A stretch of DNA of 64,000 nucleotides from Bacteroidaceae bacterium (GCA_963614095.1 CAVECM010000013.1:10753-74752), one strand, 5' to 3'. Shown: positions 28,947-38,677, numbered from the stretch's first letter. Made by a program: numbers and translations. Notes: a model not told the origin generated them from the letters alone.

Positions 28947-29851
28947 ATACAAAAGTCGACCTGTGCGGCATCACACTGGATAACCCCGTGATGGCAGCCA
29001 GCGGCACATTCGGCTACGGCTGGGAATTTGCCGAGCTTTTTGACATAAATATACTCGGAAGCTTTTCGTTTAAGGGCACAACCCTGAACCCGCGCTTCGG
29101 AAATCCTACGCCGAGAATTGCAGAATGCAGAGAAGGACTGATCAACTCTATCGGGCTGCAGAATCCCGGAATTAATAAGGTAATAGAAGAAGAACTGCCT
29201 AAACTCAGCAAGTGTTTACATAAAAAAGTTATGGCAAACATCGGCGGATTTTCCGTCGAAGAATATGTGGAGGTCTGCAGAAGACTCGACGCGTGCGATC
29301 AGGTAGGCTGGCTGGAGGTCAATGTTTCCTGCCCCAATGTCCACGGAGGCGGCATCGCATTCGGCACAGACCCGAAGGCCGCGGCACAGGTGGTCCGGGC
29401 GGTGAAGGATGCAGTGAAGAAGCCGGTCATCGTGAAGCTTTCACCTAATGTGACCGACATAGTTTCCATCGCTGAAGCATGCGAGGATGCCGGTGCTGAC
29501 GGTATCTCACTGATAAACACAATGCTCGGCATGAGAATCGACCTCAGAACAAAACGTCCGGTGGTAGCGAATACCATGGGCGGATTTTCCGGTCCTGCGG
29601 TTTTCCCTGTGGCGCTGAGAATGGTGTACCAGGTATATGAAGCTGTAAAGGTTCCGATTATCGGTATCGGCGGTATTTCATCAGCATCTGACGTGATAGA
29701 GATGATGCTGGCAGGAGCGGCTGCCATACAGGTAGGAGCTGCGAATCTTGTCAATCCTTATGTATGCAGAGACATTGTGCAGCAGCTTCCGGAGGTAATG
29801 GAGAAATATGGTATCAGAGATTTAAGTGAAATAACAGGAGGTGCACATTAA
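28940..29851 (+). CDS. pyrD: Dihydroorotate dehydrogenase 1B catalytic subunit
   Basis: AASGTFG, GNPTPR, NSIGLQNPG, NVSCPN, VKLSPN, GGFSGPA. Confidence 0.94.
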   Translation: MVNTKVDLCGITLDNPVMAASGTFGYGWEFAELFDINILGSFSFKGTTLNPRFGNPTPRIAECREGLINSIGLQNPGINKVIEEELPKLSKCLHKKVMANIGGFSVEEYVEVCRRLDACDQVGWLEVNVSCPNVHGGGIAFGTDPKAAAQVVRAVKDAVKKPVIVKLSPNVTDIVSIAEACEDAGADGISLINTMLGMRIDLRTKRPVVANTMGGFSGPAVFPVALRMVYQVYEAVKVPIIGIGGISSASDVIEMMLAGAAAIQVGAANLVNPYVCRDIVQQLPEVMEKYGIRDLSEITGGAH

Positions 29852-30549
29852 TGGGTAAAGACGTAATCATCGCATGTGATTTCAGCAGCAGTGACGACAC
29901 GCTGCGTTTTCTTGAAAAATTCGGAGAAAAAAGACCGTATGTAAAAATCGGCATGGAGCTTTTTTATGCGGAGGGACCGGAAATGGTACGGAAGCTCAAG
30001 GAAAGAGGGCATAAGGTTTTTCTCGATCTGAAGCTCCACGATATACCTAATACAGTCCGTAAATCCATGAGTGTGCTTGCAGGGCTCGGCGTTGATATGT
30101 GCAATGTACATGCGGCCGGAACAATTGATATGATGAAGGCTGCCATAGAGGGACTCAGCTCCGCAGGCGGCAGACGCCCTCTGCTGATAGCTGTTACACA
30201 GCTCACATCCACAACGGAGGAAAGAATGCAGCGCGATCTCCTCATAGACAGGGACATGGAGCAGGTCGTGGCTCATTATGCATCTAATGCAAAGTCTGCA
30301 GGTCTCGACGGTGTCGTATGTTCGCCGCTGGAATCACCGAAGGTGCATGATATATGCGGCGGCAGCTTCCTGACAGTGACTCCCGGGGTGCGCTTTGCAG
30401 ACGATGACAAGGGCGACCAGGCCAGAGTCACCACACCTGCAAAAGCCAAGGAGCTCGGCTCTGATTATATAGTAGTAGGCAGAAGCATCACCGCATCGGA
30501 AAATCCGCTCGCGGCATATGAAAGATGCATCGCTGAATTCGTCGGCTGA
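29851..30549 (+). CDS. pyrF: Orotidine-5'-phosphate decarboxylase
   Basis: KIGMELF, FLDLKLHDIPNTV, VTQLTS, TPGVR, VVGRSIT. Confidence 0.95.
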   Translation: MGKDVIIACDFSSSDDTLRFLEKFGEKRPYVKIGMELFYAEGPEMVRKLKERGHKVFLDLKLHDIPNTVRKSMSVLAGLGVDMCNVHAAGTIDMMKAAIEGLSSAGGRRPLLIAVTQLTSTTEERMQRDLLIDRDMEQVVAHYASNAKSAGLDGVVCSPLESPKVHDICGGSFLTVTPGVRFADDDKGDQARVTTPAKAKELGSDYIVVGRSITASENPLAAYERCIAEFVG

Positions 30550-30582
30550 AAACCGGACAGATGCACATGCCGGAAGACATTA

Positions 30583-30790
30583 ATGTGCACAGTCTAATCA
30601 GAACATCTGCACTTTAATGCGAATGTACTTTACTTTATCATAGCACGTGCACTTTAATGCAGATGTGCATAACCTTATCGTAAAATGCGTACTTAAATGC
30701 GGATATGCATGTCATTATCATAAAATGTGCGCTTAAATACGGGTGTGCATATCATTATAATAATACGTATATTTTAATATAAATGTGCGC
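30583..30790. repeat. Degenerate 40-bp tandem repeat, 4 full and 2 partial copies, between pyrF and pyrE
   Basis: Units start at 30609, 30649, 30689, 30729, 30769; consensus about GCACTTWAATGCRGATGTGCATAWCWTTATCATAAAAYGT. Confidence 0.85.
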
Positions 30791-30856
30791 AGCTCTGAAA
30801 ATGCGAATTTTTACAAGAATGCGCGCTGCTTTACATAAAAACGGAGGATGTAAACT

Positions 30857-31489
30857 ATGAAAAAAGCAATAGCAAAAGGACTGCTCGATATAGAAGCTGT
30901 ATTCTTAAGCCCGCAGAAGCCTTTCACATGGGCAAGCGGAATAAAAAGCCCGATATACTGTGACAACAGACTCATATTGACGGCGCCTGAAATCCGGAAT
31001 ATGGTTGAACAGGCAATAGCTGATACAGTCAGAGAGAATTACCCGGATGCCGAGGTACTGATGGGCACAAGCACTGCGGGAATAGCGCATGCAGCGATTG
31101 CCGCGCACATTATGGGAATTCCTATGGGATATGTCCGCTCGGGCGCTAAGGATCACGGAAGAAACAACCGTATCGAGGGACGTCTTGAAAAAGGGCAGAA
31201 GGTTGTCGTTATAGAGGATCTTATTTCCACAGGAGGCAGCGTTATTGATGTCGTTGAGGCACTGCGCGAGGCAGGTGCTGAGGTTCTCGGCATCGTGAGC
31301 ATCTTTACATACGGCATGAAGAAAGGGCTCGAACGACTCGCCGCGGCAGATGTAAAAAACATCAGTCTGACTGATTTTGACACAATCACGCAGGTTGCAG
31401 CCGAAACAGGATATATCAAGGCAGCAGACATCGAAAAACTGAAGGCCTTCCGCAGCAATCCGCAGGATGAAAGCTGGATTGAAAAATAG
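30857..31489 (+). CDS. pyrE: Orotate phosphoribosyltransferase
   Basis: FTWASGIKSPIYCDNR, AKDHG, VVIEDLISTGGS. Confidence 0.95.
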   Translation: MKKAIAKGLLDIEAVFLSPQKPFTWASGIKSPIYCDNRLILTAPEIRNMVEQAIADTVRENYPDAEVLMGTSTAGIAHAAIAAHIMGIPMGYVRSGAKDHGRNNRIEGRLEKGQKVVVIEDLISTGGSVIDVVEALREAGAEVLGIVSIFTYGMKKGLERLAAADVKNISLTDFDTITQVAAETGYIKAADIEKLKAFRSNPQDESWIEK

Positions 31490-31668
31490 CTGAATCGTCA
31501 CTGATTGAATCATCACTGATTTAAGAGACAGAGCTTTAAGAAGCAGCCTGCTGCAGAGTGTCTTTTCGAATCCGCCTGCAGCAAAGCCTGATTTCTTCAT
31601 ATCCGATGCGGCTTCATCCGTTAAATTCAATATCAAATTATTATAACAGTAACCAGAAGGAGGTATAA

Positions 31669-32583
31669 ATGAAACATCTGATTGACATAATGCAGCTGGA
31701 CACCACAGAAATAGATGAAATGATAGCTGTCGCAAAGGACATTATCGCTCATCCGGAAAACTACTCGGAAAAATGCAAGGGTAAGAAGCTGGCAACACTG
31801 TTTTTTGAACCGTCGACAAGAACACGACTCAGCTTTGAGGCTGCAATGTACGAGCTCGGCGGAAACGTACTTGGATTTTCGGAGGCCCAGAGTTCCTCGG
31901 CAGCCAAGGGGGAAAGTGTGGCAGACACAATCAGAACGGTCGGTGCATATGCTGACATAATAGCCATGAGACACCCTAAGGAGGGCGCGCCGATGGTAGC
32001 ATGCCGCAGATCCACCGTACCTGTGATCAATGCCGGAGACGGCGGACACAATCACCCGACTCAGACGCTTACAGACCTCCTGACAATCAGCAGAGAAAAA
32101 GGCAGACTCAGCAATATGACGATAGGCCTCTGCGGAGACCTGAAATTCGGGCGGACAGTCCACTCACTGATCAGCGCCATGTCCAGATACGAAAACGTGC
32201 GTTTTATACTGATATCACCGGAAGAGCTGAAAATTCCGGAATACCTCAAATACGAGGTGCTCATCAAAAACGGCATAGAATTCACCGAAACCACAGACCT
32301 TGAGGCCGCAATGCCGCAGCTGGACATCCTGTACATGACAAGAGTGCAGCGAGAGCGCTTTTTCAATGAACAGGACTATATAAGACTCAAGGACAGCTAT
32401 ATACTCACACCTGACAAGCTGGACAACGCAAAGGAAGACCTCAGCATACTTCATCCGCTTCCTCGTGTGAACGAAATATCTGTTGCTGTCGACGACGACC
32501 CGCGTGCGAGATATTTTGAACAGGTTCTGAACGGCAAATTCATCAGAATGGCTCTTATACTCAAGCTTCTGGAGGTGAAATAA
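31669..32583 (+). CDS. pyrB: Aspartate carbamoyltransferase catalytic subunit
   Basis: [49 protein letters not shown]. Confidence 0.95.
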   Translation: MKHLIDIMQLDTTEIDEMIAVAKDIIAHPENYSEKCKGKKLATLFFEPSTRTRLSFEAAMYELGGNVLGFSEAQSSSAAKGESVADTIRTVGAYADIIAMRHPKEGAPMVACRRSTVPVINAGDGGHNHPTQTLTDLLTISREKGRLSNMTIGLCGDLKFGRTVHSLISAMSRYENVRFILISPEELKIPEYLKYEVLIKNGIEFTETTDLEAAMPQLDILYMTRVQRERFFNEQDYIRLKDSYILTPDKLDNAKEDLSILHPLPRVNEISVAVDDDPRARYFEQVLNGKFIRMALILKLLEVK

Positions 32584-33000
32584 ATGATAATAGGCAAAAT
32601 AGAAAACGGCATAGTTCTCGATCACATAAAAGCAGGAGAGGGCATGAGACTTTACACGATACTCGGTCTTGACTCACTGGACTGCCAGGTGGCACTCATA
32701 AAAAATGCAGAAAGTCAGAAGCTGGGCAGAAAGGATATCATCAAGATAGACAGGCTTATCGATGTCGATCTCGATGCGATAGGCTACGTGGATCCCGGCA
32801 TAACCGTCAACATCATAAAAAACGGCAGGCTTGCGAAAAGAACTCATATAGCTCCGCCTGAGGAAATCACGAATGTTATAAAATGCAGAAATCCGCGCTG
32901 CATCACAACCACCGAGCAGGAGCTGCCTCACGTGTTCAGAATGACAGACAAAGAGAAGCGTATTTACAGATGCATTTACTGCGAGAGCAAAGCGAAATAG
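32584..33000 (+). CDS. pyrI: Aspartate carbamoyltransferase regulatory subunit
   Basis: IENGIVLDHI, KDIIKI; Zn ligands CRNPRC and CIYCE. Confidence 0.92.
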   Translation: MIIGKIENGIVLDHIKAGEGMRLYTILGLDSLDCQVALIKNAESQKLGRKDIIKIDRLIDVDLDAIGYVDPGITVNIIKNGRLAKRTHIAPPEEITNVIKCRNPRCITTTEQELPHVFRMTDKEKRIYRCIYCESKAK

Positions 33001-33013
33001 GTTCCGGGTTTTG

Positions 33014-33042
33014 TTGAAATTCGAATGTGTTTCTGATATAAT
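33014..33042 (+). promoter_or_regulatory. sigma-A promoter upstream of alaS
   Basis: TTGAAA-17bp-TATAAT with extended TG. Confidence 0.6.
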
Positions 33043-33043
33043 T

Positions 33044-33088
33044 AAAAAGTCGGCTACGCCGGTATCGATTGGCGGTCGGCTTTTTTTG
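33044..33088 (+). terminator. Intrinsic terminator at the end of the pyr operon
   Basis: AAAAAGTCGGCTACGCC...GGCGGTCGGC followed by T7. Confidence 0.7.
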
Positions 33089-33317
33089 ATATCAAGGAAA
33101 TGTCTGATGATGAGGCGATGAGGATTCCATGTCCGGCAGAATACCGGCCGGCAATGAAGATGCAGAAACCGATGGATATACAGGATGGATATACAGTCAG
33201 TAAAATCGCCCGAAAAGATATTTCCCGCAAACATCAGATTCAGAATATTAAAGTCGGATGCCGCATGCGCAGAGTATGCTGTCCGCCGGCATCTGAACTT
33301 CAGGAGGATAATTAATT

Positions 33318-35936
33318 ATGGAAAAACTAGGCTTGAATCAAATCAGAGAAATGTTTTTAAGCTTCTACCAGTCAAAAGAGCATTACAGAAGACAGAGCTT
33401 CCCTCTCATCCCCGAAAAGGACAAGAGTCTGCTTCTGATCAACTCCGGAATGGCACCGCTGAAGCCTTATTTTGCAGGGCTTGAGACTCCGCCGAGCAAA
33501 CGAATGACTACATGTCAGAAATGCATAAGAACCGGCGACATCGAAAACGTGGGCTTTACATCAAGGCACGGCACGTTCTTCGAAATGCTCGGAAGCTTTT
33601 CATTCGGAGATTACTTCAAGACAGAATCACTGACATGGGGCTGGGAATTCATCACTCAGGTGCTGAAGATGCCTACGGACAAGCTCTGGGCCACTGTCTA
33701 CGAGGACGATGACGATGCCTATGCAATATGGAGAGACAAGCTCGGAATGCCGGAGGAAAGAATTGTCCGCCTCGGCAAGGACGACAACTTCTGGGAAATC
33801 GGCACAGGTCCGTGCGGTCCATGCTCCGAAATATATTTTGACAGAGGTGAGAAATACGGCTGCGGCAGTCCTGACTGCAAGCCGGGCTGCGACTGCGACA
33901 GATATGTTGAATTCTGGAATCACGTGTTCACACAGTTCAGCCGTGATGAAGAAGGCAATTACTCGGATCTCGCTCATCCGAACATTGATACAGGCATGGG
34001 ACTCGAACGTCTCGCATGCATCATGCAGGGAGTGGATTCGATATTCGATATAGATACTATCAAGCACGTCCTCGACGGTGTTGTTGAGGTTTCAGGCGTG
34101 AAATACGAAAACGGTGAAGCCGATACAGACGTCTCCATCAGAATAATCACCGACCATCTCAGATCCATGACATTCATGATCGGCGACGGCATCACGCCGG
34201 GCAACGAGGGCAGGGAATACGTGCTCCGAAGACTCATAAGAAGAGCCGCACGACACGGCAGAATTCTCGGTATCGAGGGCCCGTTCCTTTCGAAGCTCTG
34301 CGGCAGAGTTATCGACATATCGGCAGAGGCTTATCCTGAGCTGGAAAAGCGCCGCGTGATGATTGCCAAGGTTGTTGCCGCTGAAGAGGACAGATTTGCA
34401 TCCACAATAGATCAGGGCATGAAAATCATCAGCGGATACATCGATGACCTCAAGGCTGCCGGAAAAACAGTACTTGACGGCGAAAGCGCCTTCAAGCTCC
34501 ACGACACTTACGGATTCCCGATTGATCTGACAAGAGAAATCCTTGAAGAATCAGGCTTCTCAGTTGATATCGAGGGATTTGAGGCTGCGATGGCAGAGCA
34601 GAAAACCCGTTCGCATGTTGAACAGGAGATGGAGGGCGCCGGCTGGGATGAGGTCTCAACTGATTTCCTCAAGGGCGAAGAAACCGAATTCACAGGATAT
34701 GATGCTCTTCAGACAGAGGGAACTGTTAAGTTTATTTTCCGCGATCAGGATCTTATCGACAGTGTGAAGGAAAACGAAACCTGCATGGCAGTGCTTGACA
34801 GGACTTCTTTCTATGCGGAAAGCGGCGGCCAGGCAAATGATACAGGATATATGCAGAATGACAGCTGCAGACTCGAGGTGCTCGATGTCAAGAAAAAGGG
34901 AAAGGCATTCGTACATAAGGTGAAGGTACTCAGCGGTGAGCTCAGAACCGGTGATACTGTCACTACCATGCCTGTTGTTTCCGACAGGAACCGTACATGC
35001 GCGAACCACACTGCAACGCATCTTCTGCATAAAGCACTGCAGATTGTTCTCGGTGATCATGTAAAGCAGGCAGGCTCCTCGGTTACAAAGGATGCTCTGC
35101 GTTTTGACTTCAGTCATTTCCAGGCTATGACAGCTGAGGAAGTCGCAGAGGTTGAGGCTATTGTAAACGATAAAATCAGCACTTTTATAGATGTTCATAC
35201 TGATATTATGTCTGCGGCAGATGCTGCCAAGACAGGTGCGACAGCGCTCTTCGGAGAAAAGTACGGAGACGTTGTAAGAGTTGTTTCCATCGGCGATTAC
35301 AGCTGTGAGCTCTGCGGCGGCACGCATGTAAAGAACTCCGGTCAGATTGGTGCATTCAAGATTCTCAGTGAATCCGGCGTTGCCTCGGGTGTGAGAAGAA
35401 TCGAGGCAGTTACAGGTCTGGGAATTCTCGAAAAGTACAATGAAGATGAGGTGCTTATCGCCGAAACATCCGGTGTACTCAAAGCAAAACGCGATTTCAT
35501 TGCTGAAAAGGCAGCTGCACTCACAGATGAAGTGAAATCATTGAAAAAAGAAATCGAGGAGCTCAAAAAAGCCGAAATGAACAAAGGTCTTGATGATCTT
35601 ATCGGTGATGCTGCTGAGGTTAACGGCATAAGACTTATAACAAAGCAGTTTGATGATTATAATATCAGCGATCTCAGAGGACTCTCGGATCAGATAAAGG
35701 CTGATAACAATAATGTTGCAATGGTATTTGCAGCAGTTTCCGGCGGAAAAGTCACATTCCTCGTTTCGCTTTCTGATGATGTTGTGGAAAAGGGATATCA
35801 CGCAGGCAAAATGATTAAAGAAATCGCAGCTGCTGCAGGCGGCGGCGGCGGCGGAAAAGCTGATATGGCTCAGGCCGGAGCGAAGGATCCGTCCAGAGTT
35901 CCTGATGCTTTTGCAAAGGCTGCAGAGCTGTTATAA
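33318..35936 (+). CDS. alaS: Alanine--tRNA ligase
   Basis: INSGMAPLKPYF, RHGTFFEMLG, GPCGPCSEI, DTGMGLER, NHTATHLLH, ELCGGTH, GGGGKADMAQAG. Confidence 0.97.
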   Translation: MEKLGLNQIREMFLSFYQSKEHYRRQSFPLIPEKDKSLLLINSGMAPLKPYFAGLETPPSKRMTTCQKCIRTGDIENVGFTSRHGTFFEMLGSFSFGDYFKTESLTWGWEFITQVLKMPTDKLWATVYEDDDDAYAIWRDKLGMPEERIVRLGKDDNFWEIGTGPCGPCSEIYFDRGEKYGCGSPDCKPGCDCDRYVEFWNHVFTQFSRDEEGNYSDLAHPNIDTGMGLERLACIMQGVDSIFDIDTIKHVLDGVVEVSGVKYENGEADTDVSIRIITDHLRSMTFMIGDGITPGNEGREYVLRRLIRRAARHGRILGIEGPFLSKLCGRVIDISAEAYPELEKRRVMIAKVVAAEEDRFASTIDQGMKIISGYIDDLKAAGKTVLDGESAFKLHDTYGFPIDLTREILEESGFSVDIEGFEAAMAEQKTRSHVEQEMEGAGWDEVSTDFLKGEETEFTGYDALQTEGTVKFIFRDQDLIDSVKENETCMAVLDRTSFYAESGGQANDTGYMQNDSCRLEVLDVKKKGKAFVHKVKVLSGELRTGDTVTTMPVVSDRNRTCANHTATHLLHKALQIVLGDHVKQAGSSVTKDALRFDFSHFQAMTAEEVAEVEAIVNDKISTFIDVHTDIMSAADAAKTGATALFGEKYGDVVRVVSIGDYSCELCGGTHVKNSGQIGAFKILSESGVASGVRRIEAVTGLGILEKYNEDEVLIAETSGVLKAKRDFIAEKAAALTDEVKSLKKEIEELKKAEMNKGLDDLIGDAAEVNGIRLITKQFDDYNISDLRGLSDQIKADNNNVAMVFAAVSGGKVTFLVSLSDDVVEKGYHAGKMIKEIAAAAGGGGGGKADMAQAGAKDPSRVPDAFAKAAELL

Positions 35937-36002
35937 AAAACAGTTTTTCATACACCTGCGGAATTTGTATCAATATCGGCCGGTGATGCATTGCGGCAGT
36001 GT

Positions 36003-36088
36003 CCGATGAAGCATCACAGCAGCTGTCTGTGAAATATTTCAGCAGCGGCCGATGAAGCATCACGGCAGCAGCCGGCAGAGTATTTCAG
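36003..36088. repeat. 46-bp imperfect direct repeat x2 after alaS
   Basis: CCGATGAAGCATCAC...TATTTCAG at 36003 and 36049; a partial third copy near 35980. Confidence 0.7.
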
Positions 36089-36215
36089 AAAAATGGTATT
36101 CGTCAGGATTAATTATATATTTGCTGTGAATATTTTGTGTTGATATGTATTTTTACTTGTATTCAGGTGTGTGAGAATGTTATAATTTCAATATATAGAT
36201 GAACGGAGGGATATG

Positions 36216-36464
36216 ATGGACATGCAGACAAGAATGTATGATAATTTCGATAAAGTAGAGCAGAGAACTATTGAAGAAATTTTGAATATAGTATATGATG
36301 CACTGGAAGAAAGAGGATACAACGCTATAGACCAGATGGTGGGATATATTTTATCCGGCGATCCTTCATACATTACAAGCCACAACAATGCCAGAAATGT
36401 AATGGGCAGAATTGAGCGAGATGATCTGGTAGAAGAGCTTATAAGGGCATATCTCCGCAAATAA
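36216..36464 (+). CDS. ireB: IreB/ReoM (UPF0297) family regulatory phosphoprotein
   Basis: VYDALEERGYNAIDQMVGYILSGDPSYITSHNNAR; conserved alaS-ireB-ruvX order. Confidence 0.9.
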   Translation: MDMQTRMYDNFDKVEQRTIEEILNIVYDALEERGYNAIDQMVGYILSGDPSYITSHNNARNVMGRIERDDLVEELIRAYLRK

Positions 36465-36560
36465 CAGACTGCTGATGATTATCTGTATATCAGTAATTAT
36501 ATGCATCGGCAGTTATCTGTAATCAAGTGATGAATAAACCTGAAAACTTGAATCAGCTTC

Positions 36561-36594
36561 AAAAGGCGAACAGAAATGTCCGCCTTTTATTTTT
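36561..36594 (+). terminator. Intrinsic terminator after ireB
   Basis: AAAAGGCGAACA-gaaa-TGTCCGCCTTTT followed by a T tract. Confidence 0.7.
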
Positions 36595-36917
36595 ACCACT
36601 GTTTATTTTACTGCAGTTTTTTACTGATGCTTATTTTTACTGATGCAGAAGACAGGCAGTTCTGATGGATAATATTAATATCATTATTAATATCAATGTC
36701 AGCGAAAGTTAAAACAGATTGATTCAGGCCGGATGCTTTAACGATCGGGAGCCGGACGCTTTATCAGTACCGGAGATATAAAAAAGCACATAAACAGAAC
36801 TTACATAAATATATATACGTAAAAAAATATAACAGTAAAAAATAATATTATAATTGAATATAACAGCCGATTAATTGATATAACAAGCAAATATATTAAT
36901 CGCAGGAAAGGAACAGC

Positions 36918-37352
36918 ATGAAAAAAATTGCACTTGATGTGGGCGATAAAACCATCGGCGTTGCTGTAAGCGATGCACTCAACCTGACAGCGCAGGGCGT
37001 TACAACAATAGAAAGAATAGGAATCCGAAAAGATTCCGGCAAGGTAATGGATTATATTAAAGAATTCGGATGTGACACAGTTGTAATCGGGCTTCCAAAA
37101 AAACTGGACGGTACCGACAGTCCACAGACGGAGAAAGTATACGAATTCAAAACGATGCTTGAAAATAAAATGCGCAGCAGCGGAATGGCCGATGTGAAAA
37201 TTGAATTTTACGACGAACGTCTCACAACTGTAATGGCAGAAAAAGTTCTCATCGAAGCTGATGTCAGCCGCCGGAAGAGAAAGAAGGTTATAGACAAACA
37301 GGCTGCAGTAATAATTCTGCAGGGATATCTGGATTCAATTGCTGTCCGATGA
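36918..37352 (+). CDS. ruvX: YqgF/RuvX family pre-16S rRNA nuclease / resolvase-like protein
   Basis: ALDVGDKTIGVAVSD, VIGLP, DERLTT, IDKQAAVIILQGYLD. Confidence 0.92.
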   Translation: MKKIALDVGDKTIGVAVSDALNLTAQGVTTIERIGIRKDSGKVMDYIKEFGCDTVVIGLPKKLDGTDSPQTEKVYEFKTMLENKMRSSGMADVKIEFYDERLTTVMAEKVLIEADVSRRKRKKVIDKQAAVIILQGYLDSIAVR

Positions 37353-37385
37353 CACAGAGGAAAAACAATTCTACCCGCGCCCAAC

Positions 37386-37413
37386 TATTCCTATAATCAT
37401 AATTATCGGAATA
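37386..37413. other. Candidate dif (chromosome dimer resolution) site, 11-6-11, inside a 22-bp-arm inverted repeat (37375-37424)
   Basis: TATTCCTATAA-TCATAA-TTATCGGAATA; arms 10/11 symmetric; lies at the +/- gene-orientation switch. Confidence 0.6.
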
Positions 37414-37522
37414 GTTGGGTGCGGTAATCAAGTTTCATCCTCGAATTAAAGCCTCTATTAGGTAAATTCAGGATTTTAACAAAAGAAAGAGCCGGGTGCA
37501 CTATTCCCGGCATTACATTACG

Positions 37523-38044
37523 CTACATTGCACTTTCCAGAATCTGTTCATCCTCATTCTGTATTTCATTTGTGCTTTTAATTCTTTTATGCTTTATAAA
37601 TATTGTTCTGAATATCAGTCTGGCAGCAGGACCTACAACGATCAACTGCAGCGGAAATGCCATGATAAAATTTTTACAGTATGTTATCAGATAATCAGGT
37701 ATGAAGTTGGCTGTGAATCCGTATTCATGATATACACCGAGCACACTTGCAAAAGCCACCTGCCAGACAACAGTAAATGTCTGTATTGCAAAAATAATAA
37801 AAATAGGTCTGTCTCCCGGCTGTACAACTCTGAATGCACACATCTTCGCAAGATGACCGGATACAAAATATGCCAGCAAGCCAATTATTATATATTCTAT
37901 CCACATTCCCTTCAGTGCGATGAGGAAACTGGCATTGGTAAAGCTGCATGTCGAAATAACCATGTTATACAAGGTCATGACGTATACCATCATCCATGCT
38001 GTAATTGCTGTAAAAAAAATCGATTCTCCTCTTGTCTTAGGCAT
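37523..38044 (-). CDS. DUF2798-like membrane protein
   Basis: MPKTRGESIFFTAITAWMMVYVMTLYN and NFIMAFPLQLIVVGPAAR; about 4-5 TM helices; start overlaps the upstream stop. Confidence 0.7.
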   Translation of the reverse strand: MPKTRGESIFFTAITAWMMVYVMTLYNMVISTCSFTNASFLIALKGMWIEYIIIGLLAYFVSGHLAKMCAFRVVQPGDRPIFIIFAIQTFTVVWQVAFASVLGVYHEYGFTANFIPDYLITYCKNFIMAFPLQLIVVGPAARLIFRTIFIKHKRIKSTNEIQNEDEQILESAM

Positions 38045-38657
38045 TATTGTTTTCTCCTTCGTTATATTTTTCGACAGCACTGAGAATCAGCTCAACTGTC
38101 TGTTCTTTAGTAAATATACCTGTATCAATTGAAATATTGTAATTCGCAACTCGTCCCCATTCTCTTCCCGTAAAAAACTGATAGAGCATACCTCTGGAAC
38201 GATCCTTCACTTCAAGCTCTCTTTTAATTCTTTTTTCTTCTCCCGAGATACCCTCGTGGCGCTGTACCCTGTTTACTCGATATTCAATATCCGCATGTAT
38301 AAAAATATGAAGTGCGTCTTTTCTTTTTGAAAGTATATAATCGGCTCTTCTTCCGACGATTACACAGTTTCCTTTTTCAGCGATAGACTGTATAAGTTTT
38401 GTCTGTGTTTCCTGAATTCTGTCCAGAGGCACCTTGCTTTTTCTTGAGAACGGTATGAATCCGCTTGCCATGTCAATATAAGTTTTATCTGACATTGTTT
38501 CCTCGTTTTCTGCTACAGTTTCCTCATCGATATGCATTTCCTTTGCTGCCAGTGAAATCAGTTCTTTATCATAAAAATCATAGCCCAGCTTTTCTGCAAG
38601 CATTTTTCCGATTGTATGACCACCGCTCCCTGTTTCTCTGCTGATTGTGATAATCAT
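38037..38657 (-). CDS. Cytidylate kinase-like family protein
   Basis: IITISRETGSGGHTIG, YDKELI, CVIVGRRADYIL, YNISIDT. Confidence 0.85.
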   Translation of the reverse strand: MIITISRETGSGGHTIGKMLAEKLGYDFYDKELISLAAKEMHIDEETVAENEETMSDKTYIDMASGFIPFSRKSKVPLDRIQETQTKLIQSIAEKGNCVIVGRRADYILSKRKDALHIFIHADIEYRVNRVQRHEGISGEEKRIKRELEVKDRSRGMLYQFFTGREWGRVANYNISIDTGIFTKEQTVELILSAVEKYNEGENNNA

Positions 38658-38677
38658 AGCTCATCCTTTCCGACAAC

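Noticed and set aside
30583..30790. CRISPR array
   Set aside because: The units are contiguous 40-mers similar along their whole length, with no unique spacers and no cas genes in the window.
33090..33317. T-box riboswitch or 71-aa leader ORF (33100-33315) before alaS
   Set aside because: No T-box core followed by a terminator; the ORF has no recognisable family and includes a local duplication.
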